NCBI GenBank assembly: GCA_964016885.1
Contig: OZ024742.1
Coordinates: 98,952,001-99,016,000 of the forward strand
DNA: 64,000 nt
Direction: 5' to 3'
From: Eledone cirrhosa
Lineage: Eukaryota
In this document: positions 36,121 through 58,520 of the stretch, one piece after another
How positions within the stretch are numbered: position 1 is the first letter of the stretch
How the letters are laid out: each line of letters begins with the position of its first letter
Position numbers and translations under genes: made by a program
The notes under the pieces: model-generated
Told to the model about the DNA's origin: nothing
Database searches by the model: none
Seen by the model: the letters and a program-made list of their open reading frames with translations, nothing else

Positions 36121-36518
36121 TTTAATGTGTTTGTTCAATCGGTATGTGTTTGTGCAGGTGTATATATTCGTACGAAGACATTTAAATATTAGCATAAATG
36201 TCTACATTTGCCCTGTTAGTGCTTCTACGCACATTCGTACTAAGACAATGATATGCATGTAGTGGTGCCCATGTGTATTGCCACTTACCAGAACACATAC
36301 ATACATTGGTGTGTGTATGTGTGTGCTTGTTTTATAATTACACAATTAATTTACCGACAGAAGATATACTTTGGAGTATGCGTATATATAGGCATATAGG
36401 TATATATGGTGTGGGGTATATATTTACATCCTTACCAAAGCAATTATATATAGTTGTATGTATGCATAGCTGTTAGCAGTGTGCTGTATATATTCTTATC
36501 AATATAATTATGTGTGTT

Positions 36519-36551
<33 letters not shown>

Positions 36552-37588
36552 GAAGCTTGCATGCTCCGTTGGATGTGTCATAGTAATATACGTGAACGGC
36601 AAAGCATAAATGAACTAAGGGAGAAATCAGGAATAAGAGGAATCAGATGTTGTTTACTGGAGAGAAGACTACGTTGGTATGGTCACGTGATGCTCATGAA
36701 AGACGACAGCTGTATAAAAAAGTGCAGGGCGATAAAAATAGACGGTAGCCACGGAGTAGGTAGACCCAGAAAAACCTGGGACGACTTGATAAATTCCGAC
36801 CTCACACACCTACACCTCTCCAAGACAATGTCACTGGACCGAGATCTTTGGCGCTACACAGTAATACAGAAGACCCGCCTTGGCTAAGTACAAAGCGAAA
36901 CCTACAGACAGTAGGCACCTCTAACAAAAATACACCCCCGCCCCATCCACATTTCGATGTAAAGTTATGTTGTTACCACAACATCCAGTCCGAAATAAAT
37001 GAGGTCGTGTAGGTCAGGGGTTCTCAACCTTTTTTTCGCTGTGGACCACGAAAATAAGTAATTTTTTCCTGTGGACCACCTGAACTTTTAAATCTTTTGT
37101 AATAGAACTGCTACTTATAAGCATCAGTAAATGTTTTTTTTTCAATGAATTAGAAAATGCTATTATCATGTCGCAGTGACTAAAAATCTACGCAAATAAA
37201 CAGCTGAAGTCGTACTTATGTGAAGAATAAGAACAGCGCTTTAAGTCAAATGCATGTCAGAAAATTTTCTGTGGACCACCTGAATTTTCCTGTGGACCAC
37301 TAGTGGTCCACATGGACCAGGTTGAGAACCCCTGGTGTAGGTGTCACGAAAAAAAAACACACAGTCCACGCTGTAATGTGGCCGTGTAGGTAACACGGTA
37401 AAAACCTCCCAGTCCACACTGTAAACGTGGTTGGTGTTAGGAAGGGCATCCAGCCGTAGAAAACCCGCCAGACAGTCCTATACGAGCAAGACAACCAATC
37501 TTGCTTCAAGTGGGAAAACTCCCGTCCAAACCCATGCTAGCGTGGAAGATGGACGTTAAACGATGATGATGATGATGATGATGATGAT
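36552..37588 (+). mobile_element. RTE-clade LINE 3' fragment with (GAT)n tail, interrupted by a hAT MITE
   Basis: EACMLRWMCHSNIRERQS...RRLRWYGHV...GRPRKTW, same family as 7363-8189; 3'UTR GGTGTTAGGAAGGGCATCCAGC...CCATGCTAGCGTGGAAG; (GAT)n at 37562-37588. Confidence 0.88.
37015..37334. mobile_element. hAT (Charlie-like) MITE, 320 bp
   Basis: TIRs CAGGGGTTCTCAACC / GGTTGAGAACCCCTG; perfect 8-bp TSD GTGTAGGT (37007-37014 and 37335-37342); subterminal TGTGGACCAC repeats. Confidence 0.95.
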
Positions 37589-38014
37589 ATATATATATAT
37601 ATATAAATACACACACATATATATAATTATAAGTGTGAAGAACAAAGAAAATTTACTAATTTTTCTGCGATACCCATTTAGTTAATTCCGTCTGAGTTAC
37701 GGGAAAAAATTAGGTAAATTTTGTCTATTTGTTCCTCACAATTATAAATTTATATAGCTCTGATTAATTGATTACTTATTTAATTCATTCCTTCAACGAG
37801 GAAAACCTGATGAAGATGGACACCAATCACACGTATGTGTGTATGCTTATGTTTATGTATCCTCTATAATATATATATATATATATGATGATTTCTAAAG
37901 AATGAAACAGTTCTAGTCCTGTAGAATCTCATCTATATTAAAACTTTTATACTCTGCTATGTATTGGGTAGCTTACTTACTGTGGTTACCTCCGATTCAA
38001 CCCGGAATAACGTA

Positions 38015-38075
<61 letters not shown>

Positions 38076-38362
38076 CTGCATGTGCGTGTTGACAGATTTG
38101 GGGTCTTTTGTATAATTTCTTACCAAGACTCTTATGTTGATATGTATGTGCATGTGTTAGCATATAGTGATGTGTGTGTATGTAAATATGTGTATGTACG
38201 TGTGTAAATGTATACCATGTCAATTATATATATATGTATACATATATGTGTGTGGAATTTGCTATCCAAACGGTAACTGCTCAGCAGTTAAGCTTTAATT
38301 CTGTACTATATTTACATTCTACTATCCCAAGTATCGAGTGCTCTTCCTAGTTCAAAACTGGT

Positions 38363-41243
<2,881 letters not shown>

Positions 41244-41260
41244 TATATATATATATATAA

Positions 41261-41331
<71 letters not shown>

Positions 41332-41399
41332 GTGTGTGTGTGTGTGTGTGTGTGTTCCGAAGAGATTGTTTTGGTAAAAACAGGAGTAAGCAGGAGATA

Positions 41400-41508
41400 G
41401 CTCTCAACAAGGCCAGCTATTATCCAGTTCATTACTGGTATATTATTTTATCGACCGCCGTAAGGATGAAAGGTAAAGCATGGCGTCCAACCCTCTACCG
41501 ATACTGCC
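41400..41508 (-). mobile_element. Deleted Nin-like SINE
   Basis: TTTTATCGACCGCCGTAAGGATGAAAGG...CTCTACCGATACTGCCAA. Confidence 0.65.
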
Positions 41509-43423
41509 AAACATTAAGAATGTTGCTGATGTTCATTATAATTATTTCAACGGTTCTCCCATGCAATCTAGATGAAATCATGCATTTGTTGTTGTTATGA
41601 AAACTATATCCTATGTCTGCCGGACGCACGAGCAAATATGCGTATTTTTCCTGCCGGCGACATGTCGCAACTCGAATTTCATCTGAGAATGCCGTTGAAT
41701 TAATTATATATATATATCGGTGCATTGATGTGTTTATTGTCATACTCACATGATTGTTTGCAACATCGTATCATAAAAATTGAGCGTTGTTTCTTCGAGC
41801 TTGTTATTTTACGCTACTCCAAACTGGAAAATGAGTTGTACCTTTTCAGCCACACTCGGGCTTTGACGCTCTTCGAGAATTAATTACGTATTTCTGTATG
41901 TGGAATGACCATATACAAGCACATAATCTTAGTAGTAGTCTTTTCCAATGATCCAACCTATGGAACTCTGGTCGTTGAGACCACTCAAACAGTTATCTAT
42001 TTGTGCAAGTATGTATGAATTGTCATATTTTTTAAGTACATTTTACAAGGATTCTACGTATTATAATATATACATATATACACGTATATACATATGTGTG
42101 TTGTGCGTGCGTATGTATGCTGTATATTGATGAATCTGTGTATTTTGATAAACGTTTGTGCCGGTCGACAAATTTTTGCAAAGACAATTGGTGCTAAACT
42201 CTTGCAATGGTTAGATTATTTTCAGAGAGAAAGCTATTTAATATAAAAGACAAATAACTATAAAATCCACAGACATCTAGAGTTAATGTTTTGTTTTTTA
42301 CGCATTTTTATTGTATTTTTCTTATTTCCTTGGTTACTTTCAACTCGTAATTCATAAAACAACTTTTAACATTTTCAATTTCCTCTTTCTTTTGCAGCTA
42401 TTTCACCTTTTATTTTTTATTGAATGTTATATATTTTTTTTAATATCCCCCAACACCCACCACCATAAACCGCCTTGATAAATATTGATTTATTTTGATT
42501 TTACAACAGGCTCTACATTTCTCTTATTTATTCTGTTCCCTATTTTTTTATATTTATTTAATATCTTTATTATTATTTTCATAGTTATTATTATCCGTAT
42601 GTTTGTTATTATTAGTATTATTATTATTAACTTTTTTATTTTTATTCCTTTTATTATTTTTTCAAATATAAACAGTCACATTGTCTGCAAGGTTAAAATG
42701 AAGTACCTGTGACCTCATAAGGCCATAAGTTATAAACGTGATACATTAGAAACTCTGTGTTATGATTTAGTCTAAGTACATAAAAACAGTGCTTGGCTCC
42801 GTCAACCTTTCTTGATCGAAGACATGATTCCATCTTATGTAGAACGATATAGTTTTGTTGCTATTGTCATTCTTGCTGATGGTGTTATCCTTGTTTTTCC
42901 TGTTGCTTCTCTTGCTATTGTGGTTGCTGTTATGGTAATGCTGCTATTATCCTCGTCATAGGTGTTGTTATTAAGGTTATTAATAAAGGTGCCGTTTTTC
43001 TTGTTATTGCTGTTATTTCAGTTACCGATTGCTGCTGATGATGATCCTGCTGTTGTTGTTATAGATATTATTGTTGCCTGCGTTATATTCTTTATTGTTG
43101 CTCTTTCTATCGTTATTGTCATTATTAATGTTGCAGCTATTGTAGCTTATGCTATTGTTGCTGCATTTTCTTATTGTTGGTGATGCTGTTGAGCCCTGAA
43201 CAAGACCTGACAAGTAAAAGTACCAACGATAGAAGGTATTCCTGCTATAACATTCACATGGGTTTTATGTAAACCATGCACTACGTTCTCGAATGCATTC
43301 GTCATTTATTAAGGAGCGTTGAATGTATTTGAAAGGGATTTAATTAACTTTTCAAGATAAATTATATGCTCTATACAGAGTGTCTCGTTTCCTTGCAGTG
43401 TATAAGATATATGTGTATAAGAT

Positions 43424-43473
43424 ATATTTAGATGTTTCGGTGGCAGCCCTCTGCCACCGAAACATCTAAATAT
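43424..43473. repeat. Perfect 23-bp-arm palindrome
   Basis: ATATTTAGATGTTTCGGTGGCAG-CCCT-CTGCCACCGAAACATCTAAATAT. Confidence 0.9.
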
Positions 43474-44116
43474 GGCGGTGGAAGGCATCAACTGTTGAAA
43501 GAGTTTTCGAACCGTTCTCGATGGTGTTTGCATCAAGGTCAACTCTGCGTGAGTCTTGGAACATGTTAGGAAATGAATTGCCATTCTGAAGTAGTTGACA
43601 TCTGAGTTGATGAATATTTGGCAGTCATTTTAAAGAGGTAAGCTATATAGTATGTTCGTGGTTAAACCACATGTGTGCTCTAATTGAACAGATCTATATA
43701 TGCTAAACGTTGTAAAGCCGTGGCCATCCCGTCATTTTGTATATCTGCGATGCCGTTATTGACCTTGAGCTTCCCGCTTACCGCAGTCTACAATATGAGG
43801 AGAATGTGACCAGCATGTTAAGCCAGTCAGGTGATTATGTAGATATTTATTCTTTAACTCGCATGAAACTGTACGCTGTATCAGACCTTTCATAAATTTT
43901 AGTCGCTTGGAAATAAAATAGTCCCACTGATACAACAACGACCGAATTGTCATAACCTTTTTACGTCAACGTTACTAATACACTTTGTAGAATATATTTA
44001 TTATTTACTGTTGTTTTAAAATTGATTCACGTTGACATATATCTGGGAGTTATAAAAGTAGGCTGCTTACTTTTCATATATGTTTGCGTGTTTGTGTAAA
44101 TACATACACATCTATC

Positions 44117-44150
<34 letters not shown>

Positions 44151-44154
<4 letters not shown>

Positions 44155-44818
44155 AATCTATTGATATAATTATTATACTCTATGAGGGTCATGCTTTCAA
44201 TAAAAACATACGCAGAATATTAGAAAAATTGAAATGAAGTAGAAAGCATGAATGGAATAATAACACAACATAGTGCCTAAGAACGCTATAAAAAACAAAC
44301 AAGAACAAAACCAATAGTATACATGAATATACCCCCACCCACCACCACCACCACCACCACCACCACCTCCACCACGCACGCACATATATAAGATATAAAA
44401 AAATTAGGAAAACAACTAGTGACAAGAAAGTAAGAGAGAAGAGGGAGAGAAAACACGAATTTATTGCATGCGCAGTCCAGGTGCACAGCTTATAAAGACT
44501 AGAGCGTGTAAATCAGAAGAACGAGGAGGCACAACATTCCAAAGGTATTCACTGAAGAGGTCGCATAATGTGTAACGGAAGACCTTTGACAATTAAATAC
44601 TGAACAACCTTCCGGGTATTAAACTAAATGACCGAAGATTATGATAAGAAATTAAAGAACAATTTAACTGGGCATATTATTGGCAGCATTAACGTCCCAA
44701 GCAAAAACAATATATATTTTTCACATGAAACAATCTTGCAAATAGAGTACGAAAACTAAGCATATATATATATATATATATAGGAATACACACACACACA
44801 CATACACAGATATATATG

Positions 44819-44849
<31 letters not shown>

Positions 44850-45170
44850 GGGGTAACAAGTTATCGTTTTCGGTATTCCAGTTAGAGGTTGTGAGTACTC
44901 TGTACTATGGAGGATTTTAGAGTACGGCGTTGTTTGACTCAACAAGAATTTTCCGTAGTTAGGTAGCGAGTTTGCGAGAATTCCCATGTAGGTTATTATT
45001 GGAGAATTAATAGTGAAAGAGTGAAGATATACATGGTCGGCTGTACAAAAGGGTTTTATTTACAGTATTAACCATTGTTTCATTGATCAGGTGTGTCTAA
45101 AGGCCGCAGATCACCTGAAATTGCGTCATTCGATCTTTTCGTTCAGCCGACCATGTTATTCTTCACTATT

Positions 45171-45176
<6 letters not shown>
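44151..45176 (+). repeat. ~1 kb segment duplicated at 49086-50114 (copy A)
   Basis: Near-identical sequence at offset ~4935 with only a few substitutions and microsatellite length changes. Confidence 0.92.
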
Positions 45177-46150
<974 letters not shown>

Positions 46151-46152
<2 letters not shown>

Positions 46153-48610
46153 ACTTTGAATAACTTTGAAATGTTTTGGCCAGTATTGGCCCAGGCCATG
46201 TCTAACTTAATAGCACCACCTGGCGAAGTCTTTCAATTCAGGATTTGGGCACCATGGCCCATTCGAGAAGAGAATTACTGTTTGCGGAGACATATCCGGG
46301 TGTGGGTGGTTTGTCCGGGATTACTTGGAGGAATTTGTCCAAAGACTTCTTGAATTTTGTGTGGTCAGTTTCTGTTTTGACGTGTCCTGGTGTGATGTTG
46401 AAGAGAGCAGGGCCGATTGAGGTGAAATAATTGTGCCGTATTGTTGTTATGAGTTGCGATTTAGATTTTTGAATGGGACGGATAGCACGGGGCCCAAGCC
46501 TTGGGTGTATCTTGAAGGCGATGCCAACATCATTTGGGCAGTGATGATGGAACATTTTCCACATCATGCAGATAATATAACGCTCACGGCGACGTTGGAG
46601 TGAGTAAAGTTTCAGGTTTTCCAATCGACCCCAGTAGTCAAGGTCTGACATGCCATCTATCTTTTTCGTGATTGCCCTTTGAGGAGCTTCAAGTTTCATG
46701 ATACTTTGTTTCGTGTGGGGAGACCACAGTGGACAACAGTATTCAAGGTGTGGTCGGGCGAAAGTAGAGAAGAGAAGGATAATGGTGCGGGAATCTCTCG
46801 ACTGGAAGGTTCTGAGGATCCAGGAACACATTCTGCGGGCCATGTCAACTTTGCTGCTTATATGCGTGGTCCAGCTTATGTTGCTGTCCACGGTTACTCC
46901 CAAGTCTCTGATGTTGTTAGATGCCACGAGAGTTTCCCCGGAGGGAAGGGAGTACGGGAGTTTCAGAGCATCCTCTTTTCCAAAGTGGATCAGTTCGAAT
47001 TTGTCTTCGTTCAGTAACATGTTGTTCTTTTCTGCCCATTGGGTAACAGCCAGTAGGTCTGACTGAAGGCTTATCCGGTCATCCACGCCATTGATGACCT
47101 TTTGGAGCTTGGAATCATCAGCGAAAATTTTAATGTTGCTGTGTTTGATGATGTCAGTGATGTCATTAATATAGATGATAAAGAGAAGTGGGCCCAACAC
47201 AGTGCCTTGTGGCACCCCACTACTGACTTTGGCTGGGCTTGATTTGACTCCCTCAACTACAACATGTTGGGTTCTGTTTGACAGGAAGCTCTTGATCCAC
47301 TGCAGCAGCTTTCCAGTGACACCAATATTGGACAGCTTTCTCAGTAGAATGTTATGATCAACCCTGTCAAAGGCCTTGCTGAAATCAAGGTAGATAACAT
47401 CAGTGTTGGAACCCTCTCCCAATGCTCTCAAAATGTCATCAAAGTGATGCAGTAGTTGCGTCAGGCAATCCCTTCCATTACGGAATCCATGCTGGTTGGA
47501 GTTCAGCATATTGTTACTCTCAAGGAAGTGGGTCATTCGCGATCTCACCACTCGCTCAAATACCTTAATGATATGAGAGGTGAGTGAGATTGGACGGTAA
47601 TTCACGGCAAGGGATTTGTTTCCCTTTTTGAAAACTGGGACAACAGACTGGGATAGAAGGTTTTCTGGCACATATCCAGCATCCAGTGAGTTCCGCCACA
47701 GATTGGCAAGAGGAGAAGCAAGTTGGTGTTGACACGCCTTCAAGACACAAGCAGGGAACCTATCGGGACCTACTGCTGAATTATGCTTGATTTCCTTTAT
47801 TGCCGCCAAGACATCAGGGGCGCCAAACGTTATGTCCGATAAGGTGTAATGGGGAGTAACATCGCCGATACAGCCCAGATCGGCCATATCAGGATTGCTG
47901 AAAACAGAGCAGTATTGTTTCTGCAGTATCTCACCCATGGTTTTAGCATTGTCTTGAAGAGTGCCATTTTCATCAATTAGAGGGCCAACAGTAGAGCCAG
48001 TGATTTTGTGTTTTTTTGCAAATGAAAAGAACACTTTGGGATTGAGTTTGATCTTCTCAATGGCCCAGGCCTCTTCAGCTCTTCTCTGATTGTTGATGAG
48101 GGACATTATGTTGTTTTGGAGGTTATGTTTTTTAATCTCTAGTGATGAAATGGCAGTCAAGTTGATGTGTTGCTGCTGACAGTATTTCAGCTTGTTGATT
48201 TTTTTGTTCGTTCTCTTAATTTTTCTGATGAGCGTTTTTCTATTTCTAGGGATTCTGCTCTTAGATTTGTTTATAGTTCTTAATGGGGTGTGTTTAGCAC
48301 ATATGTTTGTAACAGTGTCCACGAATGTCTGCCAGGACTTTTTGATGTTAGTGGGTGTATGAGTGTGCGTGAAGGACCAGTCGACATGTGCAAGATCATG
48401 ACTGATCGCTTCCCAGTTTGCATTGTGGAAATCCATAGCGTCAAACGGATGGACAGGAGAGATGACATTGGGTTTGTATATTGGACGGTGGAATCTCAGA
48501 TCACAGAGAACAATGTCATGATCAGAGAGTAGAGTTTTCTCCACTGCAATATTGTGGATATTGTCAGTGTGATTGCTGGAAATTAAGTCTAGGACGTTTT
48601 TGTGGCACCT
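46151..48610 (-). mobile_element. CR1-clade LINE, 5'-truncated, young
   Basis: Uninterrupted ORF2 remnant, short 3'UTR and tandem tail (TTCAAAGTTA)2; both ends abut TA tracts. Confidence 0.9.
46238..48610 (-). CDS. CR1-type ORF2 remnant (end of endonuclease plus complete RT), open frame but 5'-truncated
   Basis: [81 protein letters not shown]; the upstream YI repeats of the called ORF are microsatellite. Confidence 0.85.
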   Translation of the reverse strand, partial: RCHKNVLDLISSNHTDNIHNIAVEKTLLSDHDIVLCDLRFHRPIYKPNVISPVHPFDAMDFHNANWEAISHDLAHVDWSFTHTHTPTNIKKSWQTFVDTVTNICAKHTPLRTINKSKSRIPRNRKTLIRKIKRTNKKINKLKYCQQQHINLTAISSLEIKKHNLQNNIMSLINNQRRAEEAWAIEKIKLNPKVFFSFAKKHKITGSTVGPLIDENGTLQDNAKTMGEILQKQYCSVFSNPDMADLGCIGDVTPHYTLSDITFGAPDVLAAIKEIKHNSAVGPDRFPACVLKACQHQLASPLANLWRNSLDAGYVPENLLSQSVVPVFKKGNKSLAVNYRPISLTSHIIKVFERVVRSRMTHFLESNNMLNSNQHGFRNGRDCLTQLLHHFDDILRALGEGSNTDVIYLDFSKAFDRVDHNILLRKLSNIGVTGKLLQWIKSFLSNRTQHVVVEGVKSSPAKVSSGVPQGTVLGPLLFIIYINDITDIIKHSNIKIFADDSKLQKVINGVDDRISLQSDLLAVTQWAEKNNMLLNEDKFELIHFGKEDALKLPYSLPSGETLVASNNIRDLGVTVDSNISWTTHISSKVDMARRMCSWILRTFQSRDSRTIILLFSTFARPHLEYCCPLWSPHTKQSIMKLEAPQRAITKKIDGMSDLDYWGRLENLKLYSLQRRRERYIICMMWKMFHHHCPNDVGIAFKIHPRLGPRAIRPIQKSKSQLITTIRHNYFTSIGPALFNITPGHVKTETDHTKFKKSLDKFLQVIPDKPPTPGYVSANSNSLLEWAMVPKS

Positions 48611-54000
<5,390 letters not shown>

Positions 54001-54268
54001 AGTATGAAGAGAGAAGAAACATTTAGATATAATTAGTAATAAAATGTATCATACCTAAACTGCTCCTAGATTCCTCGACTACGTAGTTTCGTGGCATAAA
54101 CAAAAACAATACATCATAAAGATATAGAGTCCTTGCGAGGTCTGCCGACTTATCAAGGGGATACCTCGTTTTACTAGTCTCAAGAACGCGTCTACACGAC
54201 GTGAGAAAGAATCCCAAAAGGCGGAGGGGGAGATAGTCACGCGATATAACGGTCGAGAAATATATATA

Positions 54269-54332
<64 letters not shown>

Positions 54333-54337
<5 letters not shown>

Positions 54338-54984
54338 AATTAAGTCAAAAATGTACATCTACATATGCATACTGAAATACTAGTGTGTATATGAATACAC
54401 ACACGTATACATATGTAGGTGTACCAAGTCTTTCACTGGTCGCTTTACAGTGAGCGGCCCAGCTATTCTGTATGTAAACACACAGACAAACCGGTTTTTA
54501 GAGTCAAACTGGTTTTCGGGGGGAACACCTTCCCTCCATTCTCCAGAAAGCCAGACAAGGAATATTGGACTAGTTTCGTTGTTGTTACAACTCATCAGCA
54601 ATATTTACCTATCTACCGGCCTTTCTGGAGAATTGTAAAAGCACATATCGTTATATGCTTTTTCTATGAAAATTAGTAGTGGGCAGACTAATTTGCATAG
54701 AGTGTGAGTACGCACCGGTTCAGCGGAGACGATAAAAACAAATAACGAAACGAAATTAAATTTCGTTTCGTTTGTAACTCACTTTTGTATGACTGACGCT
54801 TAAACAATTAAGTCAAAAATGTACATCTACATATGCATACTGAAATACTAGTGTGTATATGAATACACACACGTATACATATGTAGGTGTACCAAGTCTT
54901 TCACTGGTCGCTTTACAGTGAGCGGCCCAGCTATTCTGTATGTAAACACACAGACAAACCGGTTTTTAGAGTCATACTGGTTTT
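54333..54984 (-). mobile_element. ~1.4-unit (468 bp period) hammerhead- and octamer-bearing element; diverged relative of the adjacent satellite
   Basis: TAAACAATTAAGTCAAAAATG... at 54333 and 54801; GCAGACTAATTTGCAT matches GCAGCCTAATTTGCAT of the satellite; hammerhead at 54561-54605. Confidence 0.8.
54561..54605 (-). ncRNA. Canonical minimal type I hammerhead ribozyme (GUC triplet)
   Basis: Reverse complement: AATATTG-CTGATGA-GTTG TAACAA CAAC-GAAA-CTAG-TC-CAATATT; 7-bp stem I and perfect core. Confidence 0.88.
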
Positions 54985-55139
54985 ACATATATATATATAT
55001 ATATACATATATATGTATATATAAGTTGAAAAAAATGAAAACGAAATTTCATTTCTCACTCTTAGTATGGCACTTACTTAAATGTAAGTATGTATGTATA
55101 CGTACATACATATATGTATACAGACGTACAGTAGCATGC

Positions 55140-55173
<34 letters not shown>

Positions 55174-55331
55174 GCATACAGGTACACATACATATATGCA
55201 CGCATCAGTTTAGCCGACGTTTATTATAACGCAGCTTTGTTCGCTTGTTTGTCAACAAATCGAACAGCCTGAATTTATGCCATACGGTGTTAAGGCAACC
55301 ACGTCACCTTTTTGTTCAACACTGACACAGG

Positions 55332-55376
55332 AACGATGTACTAGTTTCAAGCTTGTTAGCTATCATCAGCACCGTT
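55332..55376 (-). ncRNA. Minimal type I hammerhead, satellite unit 1 (further copies at 55812-55856, 56286-56330, 56747-56791, 57257-57301, 57747-57791, 58208-58252)
   Basis: Reverse complement: AACGGTG-CTGATGA-TAGCT AACA AGCTT-GAAA-CTAG-TA-CATCGTT. Confidence 0.78.
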
Positions 55377-55449
55377 TACCCATCTGCCAGATAGTTGAAC
55401 GTTCGAAAGTATATACTTTCCTTATGAAAATTAACGGCTGAGCAGCCTA

Positions 55450-55457
55450 ATTTGCAT
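55450..55457 (-). promoter_or_regulatory. Octamer motif ATGCAAAT (candidate POU/Oct site), upstream of the hammerhead in every full unit
   Basis: ATTTGCAT on +; conserved at 54691-54698 and 11841-11848 despite flank divergence. Confidence 0.45.
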
Positions 55458-55610
55458 ATTGAGTGAGTTAAATCGGTCAGGCATACCGAAAACGACAAGT
55501 TGAAAAAAATGAAAACGAAATTTCATTTCTCACTCTTAGTATGGCACTTACTTAAATGTAAGTATGTATGTATACGTACATACATATATGTATACAGACG
55601 TACAGTAGCA

Positions 55611-55653
<43 letters not shown>

Positions 55654-56093
55654 GCATACAGATACACATACATATATGCACGCATCAGTTTAGCCGACGT
55701 TTATTATAACGCAGCTTTGTTCGCTTGTTTGTCAACAAATCGAACAGCCTGAATTTATGCCATACGGTGTTAAGGCAACCACGTCACCTTTTTGTTCAAC
55801 ACTGACACAGGAACGATGTACTAGTTTCAAGCTTGTTAGCTATCATCAGCACCGTTTACCCATCTGCCAGATAGTTGAACGTTCGAAAGTATATACTTTC
55901 CTTATGAAAATTAACGGCTGAGCAGCCTAATTTGCATATTGAGTGAGTTAAATCGGTCAGGCATACCGAAAACGACAAGTTGAAAAAAATGAAAACGAAA
56001 TTTCATTTCTCACTCTTAGTATGGCACTTACTTAAATGTAAGTATGTATGTATACGTACATACATATATGTATACAGACGTACAGTAGCATGC

Positions 56094-56125
<32 letters not shown>

Positions 56126-57025
56126 GCATACAGGTACACATACATATATATGCACGCATCAGTTTAGCCGACGTTTATTATAACGCAGCTTTGTTCGCTT
56201 GTTTGTCAACAAATCGAACAGCCTGAATTTATGCCATACGGTGTTAAGGCAACCACGTCACCTTTTTGTTCAACACTGACAAAGGAACGATGTACTAGTT
56301 TCAAGCTTGTTAGCCATCATCAGCACCGTTTACCCATCTGCCAGATAGTTGAACGTTCGAAAGTATATACTTTCCTTATGAAAATTAACGGCTGAGCAGC
56401 CTAATTTGCATATTGAGTGAGTTAAATCGGTCAGGCATACCGAAAACGACAAGTTGAAAAAATGAAAACGAAATTTCATTTCTCACTCTTAGTATGGCAC
56501 TTACTTAAATGTAAGTATGTTTGTATACTTACATACATATATGTATACAGACGTACAGTAGCATGCATATATATATATATACACATATGCATACAGGTAC
56601 ACATACATATATGCACGCATCAGTTTAGCCGACGTTTATTATAACGCAGCTTTGTTCGCTTGTTTGTCAACAAATCGAACAGCCTGAATTTATGCCATAC
56701 GGTGTTAAGGCAACCACGTCACCTTTTTGTTCAACACTGACAGAGGAACGATGTACTAGTTTCAAGCTTGTTAGCTATCATCAGCACCGTTTACCCATCT
56801 GCCAGATAGTTGAACGTTCGAAAGTATATACTTTCCTTATGAAAATTAACGGCTAAGCAGCCTAATTTGCATATTGAGTGAGTTAAATCGGTCAGGCATA
56901 CCGAAAACGACAAGTTGAAAAAAATGAAAACGAAATTTCATTTCTCACTCTTAGTATGGCACTTACTTAAATGTAAGTATGTATGTATACGTACATACAT
57001 ATATGTATACAGACGTACAGTAGCA

Positions 57026-57098
<73 letters not shown>

Positions 57099-57535
57099 GC
57101 ATACAGGTACACATACATATATGCACGCATCAGTTTAGCCGACGTTTATTATAACGCAGCTTTGTTCGCTTGTTTGTCAACAAATCGAACAGCCTGAATT
57201 TATGCCATACGGTGTTAAGGCAACCACGTCACCTTTTTGTTCAACACTGACACAGGAACGATGTACTAGTTTCAAGCTTGTTAGCTATCATCAGCACCGT
57301 TTACCCATCTGCCAGATAGTTGAACGTTCGAAAGTATATACTTTCCTTATGAAAATTAACGGCTGAGCAGCCTAATTTGCATATTGAGTGAGTTAAATCG
57401 GTCAGGCATACCGAAAACGACAAGTTGAAAAAAATGAAAACGAAATTTCATTTCTCACTCTTAGTATGGCACTTACTTAAATGTAAGTATGTATGTATAC
57501 GTACATACATATATGTATACAGACGTACAGTAGCA

Positions 57536-57588
<53 letters not shown>

Positions 57589-58489
57589 GCATACAGGTAC
57601 ACATACATATATGCACGCATCAGTTTAGCCGACGTTTATTATAACGCAGCTTTGTTCGCTTGTTTGTCAACAAATCGAACAGCCTGAATTTATGTCATAC
57701 GGTGTTAAGGCAACCACGTCACCTTTTTGTTCAACACTGACAAAGGAACGATGTACTAGTTTCAAGCTTGTTAGCTATCATCAGCACCGTTTACCCATCT
57801 GCCAGATAGTTGAACGTTCGAAAGTATATACTTTCCTTATGAAAATTAACGGCTGAGCAGCCTAATTTGCATATTGAGTGAGTTAAATCGGTCAGGCATA
57901 CCGAAAACGACAAGTTGAAAAAATGAAAACGAAATTTCATTTCTCACTCTTAGTATGGCACTTACTTAAATGTAAGTATGTTTGTATACTTACATACATA
58001 TATGTATACAGACGTACAGTAGCATGCATATATATATATATACACATATGCATACAGGTACACATACATATATGCACGCATCAGTTTAGCCGACGTTTAT
58101 TATAACGCAGCTTTGTTCGCTTGTTTGTCAACAAATCGAACAGCCTGAATGTATGCCATACGGTGTTAAGGCAACCACGTCACCTTTTTGTTCAACACTG
58201 ACAGAGGAACGATGTACTAGTTTCAAGCTTGTTAGCTATCATCAGCACCGTTTACCCATCTGCCAGATAGTTGAACGTTCGAAAGTATATACTTTCCTTA
58301 TGAAAATTAACGGCTAAGCAGCCTAATTTGCATATTGAGTGAGTTAAATCGGTCAGGCATACCGAAAACGACAAGTTGAAAAAAATGAAAACGAAATTTC
58401 ATTTCTCACTCTTAGTATGGCACTTACTTAAATGTAAGTATGTATGTATACGTACATACATATATGTATACAGACGTACAGTAGCATGC

Positions 58490-58520
<31 letters not shown>

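Noticed and set aside
37798-37930. CTGATGA...GAAACAG..CTGTA motif next to an inverted repeat (37626-37750)
   Set aside because: Stems I and II do not pair convincingly; counted only as a decayed relic
42485-43213. Hydrophobic or Asn-rich ORFs resembling membrane proteins
   Set aside because: Derived from degenerate (ATT)n/(GTT)n low-complexity sequence
43474-43645. Possible host exon ending at GAG|GTAAG
   Set aside because: No recognisable protein similarity or acceptor support; cannot be called without transcripts
44546-44646. Hammerhead-like CTGAAGA-GGTC...GACC-GAAG (duplicated near 49487)
   Set aside because: GAAA is mutated and stems I and III are poor; at best a relic
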